Part shown: piece after piece, positions 8,164 through 15,531 of the stretch
How positions within the stretch are numbered: position 1 is the first letter of the stretch
How the letters are laid out: every line of letters begins with the position of its first letter
IMG/VR virus record: IMGVR_UViG_3300011934_000017
Coordinates: 156,238-220,237 of that record
DNA length: 64,000 bases
Reading direction: 5' to 3' (one strand)
Made by a program: the position numbers and the translations under genes
The notes under the pieces: generated by a model
What the model was told of the DNA's origin: nothing
Seen by the model: only the letters and a program-made list of their open reading frames with translations
Databases searched by the model: none

Positions 8164-9130
8164 CGTGTCTGAAGCGTGACGCTGAAACATCAAATGTAAC
8201 AGAGTGTTAACCATGCAAAAGCACTCTACAGGGCTGTTTGAAAGCATTGGGGGCGTCATCCATGCAAAACCAATGCTTTTGCATGTCTGTAAGCAAAATA
8301 CCTTGTTACAATTCGTTACAAAAAAGTTTTGTGTGGAAGAAATGCGTTTTTAGACCGTTTGGAGCCTCTGTCCTGTTAAAAAACGTCAAAATATCAACCT
8401 TGTTTTTTAGACGCCTTAAAATCAGGCTAAAAATCACTCATTTTTAACGATTTCCTCAAAACCAAAAAGTGTCAATACGCAGTATTGGCGCAGATTGCGT
8501 TGAGCAGCAAAGCGTGAAGAGCTAAGCGAGGCGCAGCCGAGCATTAGCGATGATGCTTGAGTAATGCCTCAGCAAACAAGAGACGCTAGGCGGCGCGAAC
8601 ACTTAGAGCCCGTCTCGTCCAGAAGCGTTGAGCGCAGCGAATAAGCGAAGGGGTTCCAAGCGAAGCGTTAAGCGTTCCAAGCGCTGCGAGGCAGCGCGAT
8701 AGCAACGAGCGTAGCGAGTTGCTTAAAAGAACCTATCCTACGCGATCCTACGACTGATTCATTTAAAGAACGTTAAGCAATTAAAAATTGCATTCTTTTG
8801 GATCATGTTAAAACAGGCCGAACTCTGTCTTTGCTAAGACCATAGCAGACCTTAAAACAAGGTGAATTAATAGGACGTGTGGAATTAAATGAGCCAGTCG
8901 TAGGACTGCGTAGTGTTGTATAATGTTAAAGGTCCAACTCGCTACGCTCGTCGTCCCTAACGCTGCTTCGCAGCGTTTCTCTAATCCTTTCCGCTTCGCG
9001 GTACCGCGGGCTAACGCCCGCTCTCGCTCACTTCGTTCGCTCACCTTAAAAAACCTAATTTGTCAGTTCAAAAATCAAAGTCTTTTCAAGACAAACTTTT
9101 TAAATGAAAAACTTTTGTTGCGCGCTTTAA
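8164..9130. other. Non-coding dyad-symmetric region; candidate replication origin
   Basis: Largest gene-free gap; 17-bp perfect IR 8705-8721/8935-8951, nested 15/17 IR 8738-8754/8897-8913, AT-rich core, strand-specific hairpins, flanking A/T tracts. Confidence 0.55.
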
Positions 9131-9131
9131 G

Positions 9132-9139
9132 TGTAAATA
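9132..9139 (+). promoter_or_regulatory. TGTAAATA promoter motif upstream of the modification operon
   Basis: Exact motif copy ending 34 nt before ATG 9173. Confidence 0.65.
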
Positions 9140-9172
9140 TTGAACAGATTATATGGAAAACCGGAGATTACG

Positions 9173-10648
9173 ATGGGAAAACAGTTACCCGAAGAGCTAA
9201 GGTATCAGCTTCTTGTTTTCGACTATAAGAAAGCTAACAAGGCACGCAAGCTCTGGAAAAAACGTAAAGGAGATAAGGATAAAGAAGCCCATAAAAAGTT
9301 TTGCTATGGATTAGGAGCAAAGCTAGACGTTTCTCCGAAAGTAGTTAGCTTCATCGTCAAAAACAATAAATGGGCAGATCAAAAGCCCGCAGAGCATGTA
9401 AAATCATTACCAACAGGCCTTCAAGAATACGATAAACCTTCTTTGAAGCCTGAAGCCTTAGTCAGAGGAAGAGAATTATACATATCTCCTAAAAACTGGC
9501 GCAGGCTCAACGAGCATTACACCAAAGGAAAAATAAAGAAAGCTATTGTTCGCGCTGTTAGAAAGCTAGATTTACCTGCACCTGTTCAACCTATAAGCCA
9601 AGAGCAAGCAGATGATAGCTTTCGAGCACTGAAAAAGTTGCGTTCTGACAGCATGATAAAACGTATGCCTACCTGCACACGGTGGGATTATAAATACGGT
9701 ATTTCCGACGTTGTTATTGACGCACCTCGAACAGGAAACGAATGCTCAAACTTTTATCATCAGGAGTCACGTTGGTGGTGCGACTATCAGAGTATTCCGT
9801 CACCGATGAAAGTATGGAATTCTGATCTTCACATGTATTCCATGATGAATGCTTTATGGACGTTGAAGTTTAAGAAGATTACAGGACCAGAGCTTCGCAC
9901 AGCTATAAGTGTCCGTAAATATGTGGCTAGTCAGTTTAAACCTTCTGCCGCCAAAGCGTTTTACGAGCTATTTGACTGCAAGCACGTTTACGATCCTTCC
10001 AGTGGCTGGGGAGACCGTCTAGCAGGCTTCATGGCAGCTAAATGCACCAAGTCCTATTGCTCTACGGATCCCAACAGCAGACTGTACGACGACTATGAAT
10101 TGCAGAAAAATCGGTACGGTGGAAAGAAAGAAATAAACATGTACTGTCACGGTAGTGAAATCAAAGGTGGTGTTCGCAAGATGTACGGACACAGAGTTGA
10201 TACTGTCTTTACTTCGCCTCCTTATTTCAATGCCGAACGCTACAGCGAAGACGAAGGCCAAAGCTTTAGGCAGTTTGATGAAATAAGTGCGTGGCGTGAA
10301 AATTTCCTGTTTCCTTCTTTGAAAAATGCGTGGAATGCTTTGACTTCAGAAGGTGAACGCGGTGGCATTCTAGCAATCAATATTTCGGACATATACAACT
10401 CTTCGGATAAAACTCGCGGTGAGATATGCGACCCTATGAACGATTACATATCTTCGCTGAAAGGTGCTCGATACATCGGTTGTATTGGTTTGCGTCTAGC
10501 TAAACGTCCTGAGAGCGGTGCACTTGAAGGTAAACAAGGTGCAAGTATCGAACCTATCTGGGTCTGGGCTAAAGGTGGCTCTTGGGAGCTAGACGATTAT
10601 ATAGATAACGGATTTAAGACTAAGAAAGTAAAAGGTCTTTGGGGATAA
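9173..10648 (+). CDS. SAM-dependent amino (N4-C/N6-A type) DNA methyltransferase
   Basis: Motif I YDPSSGWGDR and motif IV FTSPPYF; long basic N-terminal extension; GGAG RBS before ATG 9173. Confidence 0.85.
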   Translation: MGKQLPEELRYQLLVFDYKKANKARKLWKKRKGDKDKEAHKKFCYGLGAKLDVSPKVVSFIVKNNKWADQKPAEHVKSLPTGLQEYDKPSLKPEALVRGRELYISPKNWRRLNEHYTKGKIKKAIVRAVRKLDLPAPVQPISQEQADDSFRALKKLRSDSMIKRMPTCTRWDYKYGISDVVIDAPRTGNECSNFYHQESRWWCDYQSIPSPMKVWNSDLHMYSMMNALWTLKFKKITGPELRTAISVRKYVASQFKPSAAKAFYELFDCKHVYDPSSGWGDRLAGFMAAKCTKSYCSTDPNSRLYDDYELQKNRYGGKKEINMYCHGSEIKGGVRKMYGHRVDTVFTSPPYFNAERYSEDEGQSFRQFDEISAWRENFLFPSLKNAWNALTSEGERGGILAINISDIYNSSDKTRGEICDPMNDYISSLKGARYIGCIGLRLAKRPESGALEGKQGASIEPIWVWAKGGSWELDDYIDNGFKTKKVKGLWG

Positions 10649-10649
10649 T

Positions 10650-11360
10650 ATGGCACATATCATTGAAGCAAACAGTATCGACAGTCTTTGGTATCGTACT
10701 ATGAATACCTTACTGACTGAAGGCGATAAGATTAGCGGTATTCAAGAAATTCCTAATCTGATCTTGGTTCTTAAAAAGAATTTTCGATCCTCTGAGTTTT
10801 TCGATAAAGAGTTTCGTCGTATTTTTGGAGACGAACGAATAGACTTTGCATCTTCTGTAACGTTTGTTCCTCCGAAAGAAGGCATGGTAAGTCCTTCATA
10901 CGAACAGAATGAGCCCAAAGCTAAGTGGACGAAAACTTACTGGGGTCGTATGATCAGTTTTGACGGAAGTGTTAATCAGATTGAGGAAGCAATCAAAAAG
11001 CTTTCTAAAGGTAAGAATACCAAGATGATTTCTATAGGTATTTATGCGCCTTCTTCCGATCATCGCAAAGTCATGGGTGGTGTGCCTTGTATGACTGCTA
11101 TCGATATAAAGCCTAGAAATGGAAAGATTGATCTATCTGTTTTCATGAGGTCTATGCGATTCTCTAAGTCGGGTTATGGAGACGTTCATGCCTTGTGTGA
11201 ACTAGGTAAATATATCTGTGAGCGCTCTAACATGGAAATGAACAGCCTCACCATGTTTGCGACCTCTGGACACACTTTTTACTCTGGTGAAGAGTTTACA
11301 AACTGTAAAGCTCTTATGGAATCAATGAAAGAACGCAAAGCAGAGAAGGTAAGAATATGA
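10650..11360 (+). CDS. Atypical thymidylate-synthase-fold protein (dCMP-hydroxymethylase-like Asp)
   Basis: YWGR...NQ, PC147, RS167-168, D178 at the E. coli N177 position, H208; R170 replaces the conserved D169. Confidence 0.8.
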   Translation: MAHIIEANSIDSLWYRTMNTLLTEGDKISGIQEIPNLILVLKKNFRSSEFFDKEFRRIFGDERIDFASSVTFVPPKEGMVSPSYEQNEPKAKWTKTYWGRMISFDGSVNQIEEAIKKLSKGKNTKMISIGIYAPSSDHRKVMGGVPCMTAIDIKPRNGKIDLSVFMRSMRFSKSGYGDVHALCELGKYICERSNMEMNSLTMFATSGHTFYSGEEFTNCKALMESMKERKAEKVRI

Positions 11361-12172
11361 AGCTCAGCCTTAATAATCCAGTTGAAACCCATCGTATTGG
11401 CAAATACGAAGTCTTTGTCAAGCGTGATGATATGATGGGTGATAATAAAATTCTTCCACCTTGGGGAAAGATGGACGCCATTGATAGTATTCTTCAAAGA
11501 ATGGATCTTAGCGTACCTCTTATACAACTGAATGTCTTTGGTTCTTGGAGTGGTTGGGCACTCGCACGTCTCGCTAAAAAGTATGATTGCGAAGTACATG
11601 TGGTTCATCCTAAGACGAAGAAAATCACTGACGACTATATAGGTGTGATGGAAGAAGCAGGTGCTATCATTCATCCTATTCGACATAATATGATGCGCGT
11701 TTTGTACGCTCAGACGAACAACAGGGCGAAAGAAGAAGGTATGAGAATGCTGCCGTATGCATTCAACACACCGAAATATCTAAACGCTATGGCAAGACGT
11801 TTACGCGCTACTTTAGAAGAGCTGGGTCCCATAGATAACTTGGTGGTAAGCTCTGGTAGTGGTGTGACTGTTACGGGACTGTCTAAACCTTTTCTTGATC
11901 TAAATCCTAAAGGTCAAGTCTACACTGTTTGCGTTTCGTCCGAAAATTCGATTCGTAAAACGTTTAACAGTCGTGAAGTCAGCACTGATCCTGTTCACAT
12001 TATCAAGTCACCGTATGAGTTTGGTGATACGATGCCTAAAGTTGAAGTTCCTTTCTCTTGTAATCAGTTTTGGGATAAGAAAGCTTGGCATTGGTTGACG
12101 GAGAACAAGAGCATTCTTAAAGGTAAGCGTACACTGTTCTGGAATCTAGGTGGTGAGTATACATTTTTGTGA
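11357..12172 (+). CDS. PLP-dependent fold-type II enzyme (ACC deaminase/D-cysteine desulfhydrase-like)
   Basis: VKRDD, PPWGK (putative PLP Lys), SSGSGVT phosphate loop, LFWNLGG; ATGA overlap with the upstream gene. Confidence 0.85.
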   Translation: MKLSLNNPVETHRIGKYEVFVKRDDMMGDNKILPPWGKMDAIDSILQRMDLSVPLIQLNVFGSWSGWALARLAKKYDCEVHVVHPKTKKITDDYIGVMEEAGAIIHPIRHNMMRVLYAQTNNRAKEEGMRMLPYAFNTPKYLNAMARRLRATLEELGPIDNLVVSSGSGVTVTGLSKPFLDLNPKGQVYTVCVSSENSIRKTFNSREVSTDPVHIIKSPYEFGDTMPKVEVPFSCNQFWDKKAWHWLTENKSILKGKRTLFWNLGGEYTFL

Positions 12173-12183
12173 GGATTGAATAA

Positions 12184-13026
12184 ATGGGCAAGCCGAAAGT
12201 TAAAGAATGTTTGATACGTAACCTGGAAAGATATGACGGACCTTTTGCTGTTCTTCTGTCGGGTGGTGCAGACAGTCACGCTAATCTTTTCGCATTACTT
12301 GAGATGGGCGCAGACGTACACGTATATAGCTGCACCTTAGAAGACAGGGAAAGCAGGGATTTTATTTGTGCTCGCAGGACTGCTGAAATCTTTGATCTAC
12401 CTTTCACACCTGTTATTTTACCTACAGACCTCGACCAGCTCCTTGTAGATATTCGAGAGAACATGAGTCTTATCGGAACAAAAGGCAAGGTAGAGGTAGA
12501 AGCTTTATGGGCGTTTCGTAAAGCCGTTGATATTATAACAGAACCTAGTATCGTCAGCGGTCTGTCAGCAGGTATGTATTTTTGTTTGACCAAGAAAGGC
12601 AGCATACACTACGCACATACAGGAAGAATCGACGAATATCGTAGAGAGACATTTAAAAGAGCCTCTAATCCTAATAATCAAGGGGCCAAGATGAAACGAT
12701 ATTCGAAAAGCGTTGGAAAGAAGTGGATAAATCCTTGGATAACCCGAGGAATGCTAAAGACGTTCTTAGGAACTACATGGGAAGATGTAAATAAACCACG
12801 ACAAAAAGAAGCGATCCGCGCAGACTTTGAAAAATACTTTGCAAAAACCAAAGTGTTTAATCAACGAGACATGCACAAAGGTGATAGCGGTATGTCTGAG
12901 CTATTCGCTAAATTGTTGGAAGACCCTAAGGTAAATGTTAGGAATCATAAATCTGTTGTTGGTATCTACAATATGATACGAGCAGAAGAGCTGGCCAGAG
13001 TAAATAAAGGCCCTGGCTTGTTCTAG
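12184..13026 (+). CDS. Asparagine-synthetase-like PP-loop amide ligase without glutaminase domain
   Basis: LLSGGADS PP-loop, IVSGLSAGMYF, INPW, KEAIR, KGDSG; 280 aa with no N-terminal Ntn domain. Confidence 0.75.
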   Translation: MGKPKVKECLIRNLERYDGPFAVLLSGGADSHANLFALLEMGADVHVYSCTLEDRESRDFICARRTAEIFDLPFTPVILPTDLDQLLVDIRENMSLIGTKGKVEVEALWAFRKAVDIITEPSIVSGLSAGMYFCLTKKGSIHYAHTGRIDEYRRETFKRASNPNNQGAKMKRYSKSVGKKWINPWITRGMLKTFLGTTWEDVNKPRQKEAIRADFEKYFAKTKVFNQRDMHKGDSGMSELFAKLLEDPKVNVRNHKSVVGIYNMIRAEELARVNKGPGLF

Positions 13027-13038
13027 TCGGAGAATGCA

Positions 13039-13701
13039 ATGCTTACTTTCCAACATTTAGATAAACTCACCATAAACGAATTTTTTGAAAGCGACTTGTT
13101 TTTTGAGTTGCACTCTCTGTCTGGTATGAGCATATTTAGCGGTAGTACGGAAACAGTAAAAGAGAAATTGCTAGATTCTGTACACAACCAACAAGAAAAG
13201 GTTTCACACAACCTCGTATGTTCGAATGGAAAACCTGTTGGTTTCTTTTCTTTGAAGACGCACAGTACCTACTTTTACTACGACACCTTTACAGATACAG
13301 TAGAAGACTTAGGTAATGCGGTAGAGTTTTCTAGTTGGTTTGTTTCTAGTAGCTATAAAAATCTAGTTTCTCCTACCGCCGCTATAATGAGAAAAAGCTT
13401 AGAAATGGCAAGTGACATTGGACGCATTGCTGTGTTTGGTGTGCGAGCACAGTATTACGAAGACGGTACTCCAATGTTTCTTTCTGCGAATAGAGATTGT
13501 TGGAGTCACGAACCGCGACCAGACTACAATATATCTAATGGGCCTAAAAACTTGTCTGTGACGCATCCTTCTTTTCATCCTGATTCTTTTGGTATTTTAA
13601 AAGCTGCTCACCTGTTTGGCTTTAATATGTTTGGTTTAGATGCTTACGACGGGAGTCCTAAATATCGCAAGTTTCTTTCTTCAATGAAATCTGTTGAATG
13701 A
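13039..13701 (+). CDS. Putative GNAT-fold acyltransferase
   Basis: LVCSNGKPVGFFSL strands, EFSSWFVSSSYKN motif-A-like segment, AIMRKSLEMA helix; GGAGA RBS. Confidence 0.5.
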   Translation: MLTFQHLDKLTINEFFESDLFFELHSLSGMSIFSGSTETVKEKLLDSVHNQQEKVSHNLVCSNGKPVGFFSLKTHSTYFYYDTFTDTVEDLGNAVEFSSWFVSSSYKNLVSPTAAIMRKSLEMASDIGRIAVFGVRAQYYEDGTPMFLSANRDCWSHEPRPDYNISNGPKNLSVTHPSFHPDSFGILKAAHLFGFNMFGLDAYDGSPKYRKFLSSMKSVE

Positions 13702-13745
13702 GATTCTGCAATATCCACTATGTAATGGTTTGATGAGGATAAATA

Positions 13746-14726
13746 ATGTCGATTACCGTAGAAAAAGACGATTATATAATCGTTCGTTACCGCAACAAGT
13801 CCGTTCTTTGTTTTGTGTTGAATGGAAAAAGCTGTAGAGGCGTTATAGAAAAAACGCTTCATACCGATGATCCTGAGAATATCACTTACGAAAGTGAAAA
13901 CGTTCTCTGTAATCTGGGTCCCAACCCACAAAATGGCAAAATCTACGGCATTGATGTTACACCGTATCGAAGCACCATAGATACAAAGACGTTTGGCCCC
14001 ATTCATCTATTCCGTGACGTTCCTAAAAAGGAGCTTAAAGCGCTTCGTTCTGCAATGAAGACGGTGCACAAGAAATTTGAGAAAGAGGCGAGCACTGCCT
14101 TTCTACCTTTGTATCAAATGCACATTCTACCGAAGAAGGGCAAGTATGCAGGGTCATATCTAGCCAAGTCTAAAGGCAGTGAAGTATGGGACCAGATTAA
14201 ACTGCATCCCGACACATTCGTTGATCCTATCTATAACGAATACCTGATTGCCCACGAGTTTGCACACGGCCTCTGGTACCGCTGTGTGCCTATGGATATC
14301 CGAGCTAAGTGGATCAATCTATATCAAAAGCGTCGTAAGCTAAACTCTATTAATCAAAAGCATCTGGACGAGCTTTACCAAGAGCTTATGCGTTATGAAG
14401 GTGGTATTCGTGATTACATCAAAGAAGTAGCCGACGATGAAGAAAAACTGGTAATCAAGGAAGTGTTGAACTACTTCAAGCGTTACCAGAGTATGTCTTC
14501 AGATGATGTGGAGCTCTTGTTGTTACATGATAGTGGCAAGCTTGCTGATATGTGGCCGAGCCGTGCTCTACTATCAGAGACCAGTCCCGACATTTCCACC
14601 TATTCTATGGTCAAGGTAGAAGAATTTTTTGCAGAGGCTGTGGCTTATCATTTTACAGGAAGAACGTTACCTAAAGATGTTCAGAAAGGCATTTCTATCA
14701 CCTTCAAAAAGTGCAAACAAGCTTAA
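13746..14726 (+). CDS. Zincin-like metallopeptidase domain protein
   Basis: IAHEFAHGLW (HExxH) and distal EEFFAEAVA. Confidence 0.65.
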   Translation: MSITVEKDDYIIVRYRNKSVLCFVLNGKSCRGVIEKTLHTDDPENITYESENVLCNLGPNPQNGKIYGIDVTPYRSTIDTKTFGPIHLFRDVPKKELKALRSAMKTVHKKFEKEASTAFLPLYQMHILPKKGKYAGSYLAKSKGSEVWDQIKLHPDTFVDPIYNEYLIAHEFAHGLWYRCVPMDIRAKWINLYQKRRKLNSINQKHLDELYQELMRYEGGIRDYIKEVADDEEKLVIKEVLNYFKRYQSMSSDDVELLLLHDSGKLADMWPSRALLSETSPDISTYSMVKVEEFFAEAVAYHFTGRTLPKDVQKGISITFKKCKQA

Positions 14727-14733
14727 TTCTAGC

Positions 14734-14760
14734 AGGGAAGCTTTTTAGCTTCCCTTTTTT
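14734..14760 (+). terminator. Rho-independent terminator closing the 9173-14726 operon
   Basis: AGGGAAGCT-TTTT-AGCTTCCCT-TTTTT. Confidence 0.85.
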
Positions 14761-14815
14761 AGGTTCAAATAGTGTAAATATTACTCAATATAACGCTATA
14801 CTTAAGGCAATACTC

Positions 14816-15529
14816 ATGAACCTAACTAAAATCATGGAAAACAATTCAAGGCTGTTCTCTCACGTTATAATCCCTAGACGAAGCGCTCCTACAAAAATTC
14901 GTCCCATTTTACCTCTCAAGATTAAGTTTCTAACAAAACCTAATTCTAAGCAAATCCTTTATTCTGGTTTGTACTTTTGCATTCCAGATAATCTTCTGTT
15001 TTACGAAATGGACTTACTAGAAAAGGCAATTATAAGCAGGTTGCCTGACATTTCTCAACCTTTGAACATACCGTATAGTCTGGTTACGAAACTAGATCCG
15101 TCATTTTATGGATACATAAATGGATTTCACGTCGAAGACAATAAGGCTTATATAGAATCTGCGAATTGTCTTTTTGTTAATCCTGACTCACCTTTATTAC
15201 CTACGTCGCTCGAAGACCCTGCTTATGGTGTACTGCTTCCCCTTTATGAGGCGTCTGCTTGCTTATCTTATCTGTTAGCTTCCATATCCCTATATAGAGC
15301 TGGTGACTTTGATACTCTACCTACGATGCTAGAGAAGACTTGGAGTAAAGTAGAAAAAGCTTCAGGTGTAAATATGACTAAAGCATCTTTCATCGACGGT
15401 ATGTTTAGAATCGGTCCTGACTTATTTGGTAACTCTATAGAAGATGATTGTGTGGCTCCCGGACTTGCGCATCTTCTAGGTAGCTTTTTGTCTTTAGATA
15501 CTGACGTGTCGAAACATTTGGAGTGGTAA
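14816..15529 (+). CDS. Hypothetical protein
   Basis: ATG 14816 downstream of TGTAAATA (14773-14780). Confidence 0.7.
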   Translation: MNLTKIMENNSRLFSHVIIPRRSAPTKIRPILPLKIKFLTKPNSKQILYSGLYFCIPDNLLFYEMDLLEKAIISRLPDISQPLNIPYSLVTKLDPSFYGYINGFHVEDNKAYIESANCLFVNPDSPLLPTSLEDPAYGVLLPLYEASACLSYLLASISLYRAGDFDTLPTMLEKTWSKVEKASGVNMTKASFIDGMFRIGPDLFGNSIEDDCVAPGLAHLLGSFLSLDTDVSKHLEW

Positions 15530-15531
15530 TC

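Noticed and set aside
8238-9228. ORFs 8238-8447 (+), 8808-9044 (-) and 8923-9228 (+) in the origin-like gap
   Set aside because: No RBS, non-ATG starts, and composition dictated by the GAGCG/CGCTC hairpins and A tracts.
10650-11360. Ordinary thymidylate synthase (thyA)
   Set aside because: Asp at the N177 position, Arg at D169, and E58 and several phosphate-binding Arg residues missing.
12184-13026. QueC / 7-deazaguanine pathway
   Set aside because: The SGGxDS loop is shared, but there is no QueC C-terminal zinc Cys motif and no FolE, QueD, QueE or DpdA in the window.
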